Source: Candidatus Lindowbacteria bacterium RIFCSPLOWO2_12_FULL_62_27 (GTDB taxonomy: Bacteria; Lindowbacteria; 2-12-FULL-62-27). From it: 64,000 nucleotides of DNA. The position numbers and the translations under genes are program-made. Location: the NCBI GenBank assembly GCA_001784175.1, contig MFPR01000004.1:310001-374000 (forward strand), given 5' to 3'. Under the pieces are notes generated by a model that was given only the letters and a program-made list of their open reading frames with translations, did not search any database and was not told the DNA's origin. This document shows positions 30,018 to 38,341 of this stretch, piece after piece; positions within the stretch are counted from its first letter, which is position 1; each line of letters starts with the position of its first letter.

Positions 30018-30589
30018 ACCGCCGCTCCCAACCGGCGCCAGATCACGACCGCCATCCCGATCAGCAGGCCCGCCGTGACCCACACCTCCCGGTTCTCCCG
30101 GTACGCCGCCGCCGCCCACCGCCCTCCGCCATACCCGGCGCCGGACCGCGCCCGCGGCGCGATCAGCGGCACACTGCGGGCGTAGCGGTCGAACGCATCC
30201 CCGAACCGACGGCGCAGATTCTCCTCCTCCACCCGCATGCCGGGAACGTAACAGGCGGCATAGAGCAACACGAGCAAGAGAGCGGTCCAGTAGAGCCCGC
30301 TCATCAGAATCAGGCTTGCGCCCAGAAGAAGATTCGAAACATAGATCGGATTTCGGACATACCCGTAGGGACCCGTCGTCGTCAGCGCGTCGTTCTTCAC
30401 CAGAAACCCCGACGACCAGACGCGGCCGGCCAGACCCAGCGCATAGAGAGCCGCGCCCGGCGAAAATGTCCACAACATTTCGGCTGCCGAGGCGCCTCGC
30501 CTGGAAAAGACGATCAGACACAAAAAGAACATCCCGCCCAACTGCTGCCGCAGGTGATGGGGATGCCGGAGCTTCTCGAGGATCTTCAA
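30014..30589 (-). CDS. Isoprenylcysteine carboxylmethyltransferase / PEMT family membrane protein
   Basis: LTTTGPYGYVRNPIY, EEENLRRRFG...Y...VP. Confidence 0.88.
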   Translation of the reverse strand: MKILEKLRHPHHLRQQLGGMFFLCLIVFSRRGASAAEMLWTFSPGAALYALGLAGRVWSSGFLVKNDALTTTGPYGYVRNPIYVSNLLLGASLILMSGLYWTALLLVLLYAACYVPGMRVEEENLRRRFGDAFDRYARSVPLIAPRARSGAGYGGGRWAAAAYRENREVWVTAGLLIGMAVVIWRRLGAAV

Positions 30590-31305
30590 TGCGATGGCGC
30601 GGGCGTGTCCTTCTCCTCCGGAGGCTCAACCTGCCGCCACGTTCCATCCGGTTCCTGATAGAACCAGCCGGGCTTGAGCCTAGAGAGGCGCGCTTTGACG
30701 AACTGCTCGCGCGATTTGTCGACGGCCTCCGCCAGAACGTCCTTGTCCTTATCGTCCTGTTTGGTCGCCCGCAGGGTTGCGATGGCCACCCCGCGGATGA
30801 GAATCGTGCGGTCGTTGTTCTCATCCGAGATGAATTTCGCCAGCGCCGTCTCGCCGCCGTCCTCGCCGAACACGGCCGACGGCGTTTCGGCGGGCCCGTC
30901 CGGCGCGGCCTCCGAAGGCACCCGGTCGATCAGGCCGTCGCGTCCCAATCCGACGAGTTTCGCGTCGAGGAGCCGGGCCAGGGTCTCGATCCGGTCCTTG
31001 CGGCGCTCGAGGGACGCCTGGACATCGGCCATCTTTTTGAGTTCCGCGTCAATGTTGATCTTCGGTTCCGCCCACGCTTCGACCGGGCCGGGCATCCACC
31101 CATCCTCCGTTCGGGATTTCGACTTGGTCGTCCCGGTATCCTGTTTGTCCTTGCGGGAAGGCACCACGTCAAAATCGAGCCCGCTCTCGATGTTCTCGTA
31201 TGCGGCCTCGACGTCCTTGTCAGGGAAATAAACGTTCACCGTAATCGTCGCGCATGAAAAAAGAAACGGTATCAGTACCAATCCCACCGCCGCTTTCCTG
31301 TTCAT
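30586..31305 (-). CDS. Lipoprotein, YdbL/DUF1318-like
   Basis: Lipobox LFSC; VGLGRDG, DENNDR, GWFYQEPDGTW. Confidence 0.7.
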   Translation of the reverse strand: MNRKAAVGLVLIPFLFSCATITVNVYFPDKDVEAAYENIESGLDFDVVPSRKDKQDTGTTKSKSRTEDGWMPGPVEAWAEPKINIDAELKKMADVQASLERRKDRIETLARLLDAKLVGLGRDGLIDRVPSEAAPDGPAETPSAVFGEDGGETALAKFISDENNDRTILIRGVAIATLRATKQDDKDKDVLAEAVDKSREQFVKARLSRLKPGWFYQEPDGTWRQVEPPEEKDTPAPSH

Positions 31306-33641
31306 TTTCGTTTTTTACCTCCCACTTCGACTTTCACATCTCCCGCCGAAACGTTCGAAAGAACGTCGACCAAGTCCTTGAGCCGGTACGTGCCGACCAC
31401 TTCGCCGATCCGGACCTTGCGAAGCAGCGTGTGCGCCTCAAGACTCGCCTCATCAAATGAGATCCGGCCCTTCGCGAGGCTGACTTTCAGGTTGCCGTTC
31501 TTGTACGGCACCTGTTTCGGCAGGCGCAGTTTCCGCATTTGGGGCCCGCCGATCCGCTCCAGAAACTTTCCCGACACCATCATCGGCTCGCCCGGCCCTT
31601 CCGTCGCGCGGACATGGACGGTGCCCCGAGCCTCGTTCAGATGATCGCCGCTCGTGAAAAGATCGATCTCGCCCCGCACCGTCCCGGTCAGCGCGTCCCG
31701 CGCGTCCGCAAACGGCGCCAGGACCCGCCGGAGCGACACTCCCTCCACCGACAATTTCGTGTGTTGATGGGGGTGTTTCGAAAAATGAAAAAGCACTTCG
31801 CCGCGAAACGCGCCGTCAAACGCCGAAAGCTTCGCGATGTTCGCGTATATTTTGTCGCCCTTCGACGCCGTGGTGACGGCAATGTCGTCCAGCCGGTAAG
31901 GGCCGAGGTGGAGCGCCTGCGCCGAGGCCCGGCCGGCGGCGGCCTCGTCCAGCACGAGCTGTCCGGTGTCCGGCGTGTATTCGAAGGGAATGTCCACATC
32001 GAGTCCTTCGACTCGAAACGGGAAACCCCGCGTCGACGCCGTCGCCCCCTCAATCCGCAGCCTCCCACGCGTGCGAAACTCTAAATTCGGCTTCACCAAA
32101 AAGTCAACCTCCAGCCCCGCCCGGCCCGATTCGCACTTGAGCGGCACCCGCTTGCCCAGAATCTCGCCGAGCATCTGAATGTCCTTGATCGGCCGGTCCT
32201 TCATCGCGGCCCGGCCTGAAAAAATCCGCCGGTTCCCGCGGCCGCTCACCACGATCGGCACGCCGGCCGCGGGCTCGATCACGCCGGACACGCGATCGGC
32301 CCTCGACCCGACGCCTTCCATCGCCAGCGTCGCGCGCACGGAAATGCCGCCGAGCGGGAGGCGCACCTGGAGGTCGGAGGACGACACGCGGGCCTTCCAT
32401 GCCCATTCCTCCGGCGACGTTTCCGACTTCGTCACCTCCACCTGCACGCCCGCAAGTCCCGAGATCGGCGCGGACTCGCCTGCGGCGTGAAGCAGCGACG
32501 GGATTGAGATCGTTTCGGCCGAGAACGCCAGCCGTGGACGAGCGCCCCACGCGCCCGTCAACACCACCGGAAATCCATCGAATGTCGCGCGAAGCGTCGA
32601 AGACTCCCGCCCGGCGTCCAGCGCGACGGAGTCGACGGCAAGGATGGGAAGACCGCGATGGACACGGGACCAGCGGCCGGACGCCATCCGGATCGCGCGC
32701 GCGAGAGGGGTGACACGATTGTTGGAACAGACCCATTGATCCTCGCCGATTTGAAACCGCATTTCGTCGATGTCGAATCCTGTCCCTGTATCGGCCGCGC
32801 GCCGGATCCGGCGGAATTCGGCGCTGAGCGGTCCCCAGCCGAACGACACGGACCACGGGGATTCCGAAATCGCCGCGCCTGAGGTGTCGGCTGGGACAAC
32901 TCTGATCTTCAATCCCCGAACGTCCGTCGGCGCGCTGTCCGGCATCAGCGCGAGTTTTTTCGGAAGCAGGGCGAGGTTGGTGGTCGCAAGTTCGAGGGCC
33001 GTGCCCTCCTGCAGAACGCGGGCCTGGGCGGCGTCGAGGGACACCGTCGCCATCATCGTCGTGCGCGGACCCGTGGCCCTCAATTCGAATGACTGCGCGG
33101 GAGCGCCTTCGAGAACCGCGCGCGCGTCAAAGGCGAGCGTTTCCGGCTCGGCCAGGATTCCGGCGGCCGAAAGCCGGATCAGGCCGCCCTGCACATCCAC
33201 GCGGTCCACCTCCAGGGCGGTCTTCTCCAGAAACGCCTCCCACCGCACCATCTTTCCCAGAAGTTCCACCCGGTCCAGGTCCACGTCGATCACCGGGTCG
33301 ACCAGCCGCAGGCTCGCGTCGATATGCCGGCCGTGGATCCGCCGGATATCCGCGTCGATCCGGGAAATCCGGACCACGGCCCGGCCCGACGAGTCCTTCA
33401 CCGTCACCCCGTAAATCCGCGCCTGCCGCCGTTTCGGCGTCCCCGATATCTCTTCGACCTCCAGCGTCCCCTCCCGGACGAACTGCCGAAGCTCCTTGAG
33501 AATCTCGCGCTTGACCGCCAGCTTGACGGCCGGATACGAGATCGCGAGGACAACGCCGACAACCGCCAGCACGGCCGCCGCCCCCACCAGCACCCGTTTC
33601 ATCACGCCCCGGACGGTATCTCGCCGCGCCAACGGGAACAA
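31302..33641 (-). CDS. AsmA/YdbH-like envelope protein
   Basis: N-terminal TM then beta-rich body; adjacent to YdbL-like gene; start may be MKRV near 33602. Confidence 0.55.
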   Translation of the reverse strand: MFPLARRDTVRGVMKRVLVGAAAVLAVVGVVLAISYPAVKLAVKREILKELRQFVREGTLEVEEISGTPKRRQARIYGVTVKDSSGRAVVRISRIDADIRRIHGRHIDASLRLVDPVIDVDLDRVELLGKMVRWEAFLEKTALEVDRVDVQGGLIRLSAAGILAEPETLAFDARAVLEGAPAQSFELRATGPRTTMMATVSLDAAQARVLQEGTALELATTNLALLPKKLALMPDSAPTDVRGLKIRVVPADTSGAAISESPWSVSFGWGPLSAEFRRIRRAADTGTGFDIDEMRFQIGEDQWVCSNNRVTPLARAIRMASGRWSRVHRGLPILAVDSVALDAGRESSTLRATFDGFPVVLTGAWGARPRLAFSAETISIPSLLHAAGESAPISGLAGVQVEVTKSETSPEEWAWKARVSSSDLQVRLPLGGISVRATLAMEGVGSRADRVSGVIEPAAGVPIVVSGRGNRRIFSGRAAMKDRPIKDIQMLGEILGKRVPLKCESGRAGLEVDFLVKPNLEFRTRGRLRIEGATASTRGFPFRVEGLDVDIPFEYTPDTGQLVLDEAAAGRASAQALHLGPYRLDDIAVTTASKGDKIYANIAKLSAFDGAFRGEVLFHFSKHPHQHTKLSVEGVSLRRVLAPFADARDALTGTVRGEIDLFTSGDHLNEARGTVHVRATEGPGEPMMVSGKFLERIGGPQMRKLRLPKQVPYKNGNLKVSLAKGRISFDEASLEAHTLLRKVRIGEVVGTYRLKDLVDVLSNVSAGDVKVEVGGKKRK

Positions 33642-33643
33642 GA

Positions 33644-33671
33644 TTGACAGGCCCGGCGGCTTTGGTAGGAT
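33644..33671 (+). promoter_or_regulatory. Sigma70-like promoter for the aldolase gene
   Basis: TTGACA-16-TAGGAT with TGn extension; GAGGTG RBS before ATG 33721. Confidence 0.55.
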
Positions 33672-33720
33672 GAGCGCAAATTTGCACAGGCATCAGAAAA
33701 AAATCCAAATGAGGTGATCC

Positions 33721-34752
33721 ATGGCAACCGTGAAATTATCCAAAGGAAAGCTCGCACGAATGGACCGGCTGTCCAACCGGAAGGGCGTCATCGGCGCCGC
33801 CGCGATGGACCAGCGCGGGTCCCTGCAGAAATCGATCGCCAAGGAAAAGGGCGTCGACACGGCGCAGGTGACCGATCAGATGATGCAGGAGTTCAAAACC
33901 GCCGTCTCGAAAGTCCTGACGCCGCACGCCAGCGCCATCCTGCTCGATCCCGAGTGGGGACTGCCCGCCGCGAAGGCGCGCGCGAAAAACGCGGGACTGC
34001 TGTTGTCCTACGAGAAAAGCGGCTACGACAACACGCAGCCGGGCCGGCTGCCGGACCTCCTGGACGGCGTGTCCGCGAAGGACATCGTCGACATGGGCGC
34101 GGACGCCGTCAAGATTCTGATCTACTACGCGCCGGGCGATGACGCGAAGGTCAACGCCATCAAACACGCCTTCATCCGCCGGATCGGCGCCGAGTGCGAG
34201 TACTGCGAGATCCCGTTTTTCCTCGAATTCGTCACGTACGACCCCAAGGGCGGCGATGAAAAGGGGCTGGACTACGCGAAGCGGAAACCCGAACTCGTCA
34301 TCAAGAGCATGGAGGAATACTCCAAGCCTGAATACAACGTCGACGTGCTGAAAGTTGAAATTCCGATCAACATGAAATTCGTCAAGGGCGCGAAGTCCAA
34401 CAAGTCGGGCGAGTCCGCCTATGACCGGTCGCAGGCGAAGGAAATTTTCCAGCGGTCCTGCAAGTCCGCCAAACGGCCTTTCATTTATTTGAGCGCCGGC
34501 GTCGGCGACGACGAATTCCGCGAGTCGCTGGAGCTGGCGCACGAAGCGGGCGTCCCGTTCAACGGCGTCCTCTGCGGCCGCGCCACCTGGAAGGACGGCG
34601 TGCCGGTCTATGCCAAGCAGGGCGTGAAAGCCTTCGAAGACTGGCTGGCCGACCGCGGCGTCAAAAACATCAGCGCGCTCAACCAAGTGCTCGAAAAGGC
34701 GGCGCACCCCTGGTACGAGATGTACGGCGGCCGCGACAAAGTCGCGGCCTGA
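33721..34752 (+). CDS. lacD: Tagatose-1,6-bisphosphate aldolase family (class I)
   Basis: AMDQRGSL, ASAILLDPEWG, YEKSGYD, VDVLKVEIP, IYLSAGV, GVLCGRATW. Confidence 0.9.
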   Translation: MATVKLSKGKLARMDRLSNRKGVIGAAAMDQRGSLQKSIAKEKGVDTAQVTDQMMQEFKTAVSKVLTPHASAILLDPEWGLPAAKARAKNAGLLLSYEKSGYDNTQPGRLPDLLDGVSAKDIVDMGADAVKILIYYAPGDDAKVNAIKHAFIRRIGAECEYCEIPFFLEFVTYDPKGGDEKGLDYAKRKPELVIKSMEEYSKPEYNVDVLKVEIPINMKFVKGAKSNKSGESAYDRSQAKEIFQRSCKSAKRPFIYLSAGVGDDEFRESLELAHEAGVPFNGVLCGRATWKDGVPVYAKQGVKAFEDWLADRGVKNISALNQVLEKAAHPWYEMYGGRDKVAA

Positions 34753-34766
34753 GCCAACCCCTCGCG

Positions 34767-34973
34767 GTGTCTCTGAAAGCCTTTCACCGTTTTTTTATCA
34801 CGGTCGCCATCCTGTTTTGTGTATGGTTTGCGGTGGCGGAGTACCGGGAGTTTACCCGGTCGGGCTCTCGATCCGCCTTCTACGTCAGCGTGTCCGTCGG
34901 CGCCACCGCCGCCACCCTCCTGGCGTATTTCGTCTGGTTTCTGAGAAAATCGAAGAAGTGGCCGATGGCCTGA
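34767..34973 (+). CDS. Small two-TM membrane protein
   Basis: 68 aa, two hydrophobic segments. Confidence 0.65.
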   Translation: MSLKAFHRFFITVAILFCVWFAVAEYREFTRSGSRSAFYVSVSVGATAATLLAYFVWFLRKSKKWPMA

Positions 34974-34975
34974 AG

Positions 34976-36199
34976 TTACGCCTTTTCCACCCGGTTCCGC
35001 CCGTTTTCTTTTGCGCGGTACAGCGCCTGGTCCGCTGTGCGCAGGACCTCTTCGGGCGCCGCCGATGGGCTGGCCGCCGACACGCCTGAGCTGACCGTCA
35101 CCGTCACTTTTTTGTCGCGCTTGTTTTTGGCCGCCCCGTTGAGCGAGATCGGCATGTCCGCGAGACGCCGCCGCACTTCCTCCATCTGCGCCGCCGCGTC
35201 GTCCGCCGCGGCGCCCGGAAAGATCACCGAAAATTCCTCGCCGCCGTACCGGTAGACCCGGCCGCCGCTGCCTTCCGAAAGAAGCGCCGCGACCTCGCGA
35301 AGCACGATGTCGCCGGCGGCGTGGCCGTACGTGTCGTTGAATTGCTTGAAATGATCGACATCGACCATCGCGATCGCGTAGTCGCCCCGCAGTGCGCCGA
35401 GCGTCTCGTTCAGCGCCCGGCGGCTGTAGACCTGCGTCAGATCATCGACGTAGGCTTTGGACCACGTAAGAAAGAAATTGGCGTAGATCGCCAGGAGCGC
35501 GGCCGCCGAGGTGAAGACCGCAAACGTCAGCGGCTCCAAGCCGGGCGGCAGGAGAGGGCCCGTCTGGAAAACCGGCCGGAACACGCCGGAAAAATAATAG
35601 CACGGCACCAGCGCCGCCAGGATTTTTTTCATCTCGCCCTCCCGGCCGGAAAAGGGCGCCAGGAGCATGAGCGCGAAGACCGCCAGGTAATAGATCGTCG
35701 GCCCGGCCGGCGCGCCCAAAAATCCCGCGCCCTGCCAGCGGTGGGCGGCGACCCAGGAGGAAACGGTGGGGCCGAACGAGACGGCGAGGAGCGGCGGCAG
35801 GAAGAATCCGAGCGCCAGAGCCATCATTCCGGTTTTCAAGGACGCCGGGACCGTTCGATGAGACACGGCCATCGACAGGGCCGCCAGGAGCGGCAGGACC
35901 AGAAACAAAACGAGCCGCATCTGATCGCCCGACCCGATCGGCGCCGGGCCGCCGGAAAAATAGTAGTGCGCCGGGATCAGCGCCAGGCTCAACACATACA
36001 CCGGCGTGTTGGCGATCCGCGCCGCCCACAGCGCCGACAAAAGGAGCGCGGCGTAGGGAAGATGGTGGAGATACCCGATCGTCACCCAGCCGGCGCCGCT
36101 GTCCTGCCACGCCAGAAGCGCCTTGGCGTTCCATTGGATGAGAAGAGGCAGAGTCAGAACCAGGGCCAGACAGATCCACGGCGCCGCCGATTTTTTCAT
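34976..36199 (-). CDS. Membrane-bound diguanylate cyclase
   Basis: Multiple TMs; DVDHFKQFNDTYGHAAGD, RYGGEEF, ADQALYRAK..GRN. Confidence 0.93.
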   Translation of the reverse strand: MKKSAAPWICLALVLTLPLLIQWNAKALLAWQDSGAGWVTIGYLHHLPYAALLLSALWAARIANTPVYVLSLALIPAHYYFSGGPAPIGSGDQMRLVLFLVLPLLAALSMAVSHRTVPASLKTGMMALALGFFLPPLLAVSFGPTVSSWVAAHRWQGAGFLGAPAGPTIYYLAVFALMLLAPFSGREGEMKKILAALVPCYYFSGVFRPVFQTGPLLPPGLEPLTFAVFTSAAALLAIYANFFLTWSKAYVDDLTQVYSRRALNETLGALRGDYAIAMVDVDHFKQFNDTYGHAAGDIVLREVAALLSEGSGGRVYRYGGEEFSVIFPGAAADDAAAQMEEVRRRLADMPISLNGAAKNKRDKKVTVTVSSGVSAASPSAAPEEVLRTADQALYRAKENGRNRVEKA

Positions 36200-36239
36200 A
36201 TCCCCCTTTTCGGCAGTCCTGCGCGTTTCGGATAGGCTG

Positions 36240-36965
36240 TTATCCGGCGGGAGAACTCTCGATGAATTGCTTGATGGAATTCATGATCCAGCAGCAAAAA
36301 TCGTCCTTCGACATGACCTTCTCGACTTTCATGTCCAGCCACATCGGCTCCTCCTGCAGGTTCATGTCCGACGTCTGCACGATCACCGGCAGGTCCCGCC
36401 AGCGCGCGTCGGCGCGCAGCCTCCGCAGAAATTCCCGGCCGTCCATCACCGGCATGTGAATGTCGAGGAGAATCACGTCCACCCGCAGTTGTTCCAGCGC
36501 CCGGAGGGCCGCCGCGCCGTGTTCGGCCTCGAGGACCCGGTATTGGGGTTCCAGCATTTCCCGCGTCAGGAGCCGGATGTCCTCGGCGTCGTCGACGATC
36601 ATCACCACCGCGTGTTTCCCGCCGCCGATCGCCGAGTCGATCGCCTGCCGGACACGCTCGCCGGAAATGGGCTTGCTCAGATACGCCGAAGCGCCGTAGA
36701 GCAGCGCCTCGCCCTTGCGGTCCGTCACCGACACGAAAATGACCGGCGCCGACGTGAGCTTGCGCGCCTCTACGGCGAACTCGAATCCGTCCATCCGCGA
36801 CATGAGGATGTCGACGACGATGGCGTCCGGCGCCCTGCGCCGGATGAGGTCCAGCCCCGTTTCGCCGGAATCCGCCGACTGCACTTCATAGCCGGCCCTT
36901 GACAGGTAGGTTTGCAGGAATGTCCGGAACACGTCTTCGTCATCGACGATCAGAACGCGCGCCAT
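36240..36965 (-). CDS. Response regulator with two receiver domains and no output domain
   Basis: VLIVDDE..DILMSRMDG and VMIVDDA..DIHMPVMDG; ATG 36965 with GGAGG RBS. Confidence 0.9.
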   Translation of the reverse strand: MARVLIVDDEDVFRTFLQTYLSRAGYEVQSADSGETGLDLIRRRAPDAIVVDILMSRMDGFEFAVEARKLTSAPVIFVSVTDRKGEALLYGASAYLSKPISGERVRQAIDSAIGGGKHAVVMIVDDAEDIRLLTREMLEPQYRVLEAEHGAAALRALEQLRVDVILLDIHMPVMDGREFLRRLRADARWRDLPVIVQTSDMNLQEEPMWLDMKVEKVMSKDDFCCWIMNSIKQFIESSPAG

Positions 36966-36993
36966 AGGCTGGTCCCTCCTCAGGCCCGTCCAT

Positions 36994-37073
36994 ACTTTAA
37001 AACAAAGCCGGAGAGATGTCAAAAGGCGGAAGGACCGCGTTCATTGACACCCCCGCCCTGCAGCGTATATAAT
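36994..37073. promoter_or_regulatory. Divergent pair of sigma70-like promoters
   Basis: Minus: TTGACA(37022)-17-TAAAGT; plus: TTGACA(37044)-18-TATAAT(37068). Confidence 0.6.
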
Positions 37074-37082
37074 TAAACTCCA

Positions 37083-38291
37083 ATGTCCGTCGTATCCGAA
37101 CCGCGATTGCCTTCGACACCCCGCATCCCGGACCAGGCGCAGGCGCAGGATGGCGCCGAACTTCAGGGCGGGCGGCCCTTCGGCGTGAAACCCGAAGTGC
37201 TCTACGGGCTCAAGGAAAGCTCCCGCCTCCGCGCGGTCAAGGACTGGATCAAGCAGCATTCGCTCCCGTACCGGACGGCGATCTTTTTGAAGTCCATACC
37301 GCACGGGATCAAGGGCCTGATCAAGGGCAAGCGCGGGGCGTGGGATCACCTCAAGGCGACGATGTCCTTCGTGACGCGCGCCGACCGCATCGCCGGCCGG
37401 CCGATCAACATCACGATCGAGCCGACCAATCTGTGCAACCTCGAGTGCCCGGTGTGCGAAACCGGCGCAGGGATACTCGCCCGCAAGCAGGGTCACATGA
37501 CACTCGACCAGTTCAAAGTCATCGTGGACCGGATCGCGGAACACACCAACACCCTTCAGTTTTATTTCATGGGTGAACCCTTCATCAACAAGCAGGCCTA
37601 CGAGATGATCCGCTACGCGAAGGACTGCGGGATCCCGTTCATCACGACCTGCACCAACGGCGACATCGTCAATCCCGAGAAGCTCATCGAGTGCGGGATC
37701 GACGAGGTCAATTTCCAGATCGGCGGCATGTCCCAGCCGACCCACGAAACCTACCGCATCAACAGCAACCTCGACCGCGTCCTCCGCAACATGCGCGAGA
37801 CCCTCCGGCTCCGAAACGAGCGGCACGCCAGGATGTGGGTGGTGGGCGGATACATTTTGATGAAGCACAACGAGCACGAGGTGCCGCTCTTTGAGCAGAC
37901 GATGCGCGAGATGGGCGCGAACCACTGGTGGGTCATCGACCCCTGCGTACGCACGATCGATCAGGGCAAACAAATGCTGCCGACCGACAAGGCCCACTGG
38001 TTCTACGATCCGGGCGCGTTTGAGCGCGGCATCTTGCGGCCCAGGATCCTCATGGACAACGAGTGCCCGTGGATTTACCACAACATGGCCGTGCAGGTGA
38101 ACGGCGACGTCGTCCCCTGCTGCCGGGACAACCAGGGCACCGAAATCATGGGCAACCTTCTCGCGCAGAGCCTCGATGAAATCTGGAACGGCGAAAAATA
38201 CGTCCAGCTCCGGAAACGCATCCACGAAGACCAGGGCAAGGTCAAAATCTGCCGGCTCTGCTCGTCCTACGGCGCCAGCCCCCTGAACTGA
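37083..38291 (+). CDS. Radical SAM / SPASM domain protein
   Basis: CNLECPVC, MGEPF, C-terminal CPW...GDVVPCC...MGN...IWNG...CRLC. Confidence 0.93.
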   Translation: MSVVSEPRLPSTPRIPDQAQAQDGAELQGGRPFGVKPEVLYGLKESSRLRAVKDWIKQHSLPYRTAIFLKSIPHGIKGLIKGKRGAWDHLKATMSFVTRADRIAGRPINITIEPTNLCNLECPVCETGAGILARKQGHMTLDQFKVIVDRIAEHTNTLQFYFMGEPFINKQAYEMIRYAKDCGIPFITTCTNGDIVNPEKLIECGIDEVNFQIGGMSQPTHETYRINSNLDRVLRNMRETLRLRNERHARMWVVGGYILMKHNEHEVPLFEQTMREMGANHWWVIDPCVRTIDQGKQMLPTDKAHWFYDPGAFERGILRPRILMDNECPWIYHNMAVQVNGDVVPCCRDNQGTEIMGNLLAQSLDEIWNGEKYVQLRKRIHEDQGKVKICRLCSSYGASPLN

Positions 38292-38341
38292 TTTTTCGAA
38301 AAAAAGTATTTATCATCCACGGCCGCGGCGCGCAGAACGGC

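Noticed and set aside
30018-30824. N-terminal extension of nadB in the 797-aa ORF
   Set aside because: Overlaps two credible genes in other frames; NadB homology starts at about 30017.
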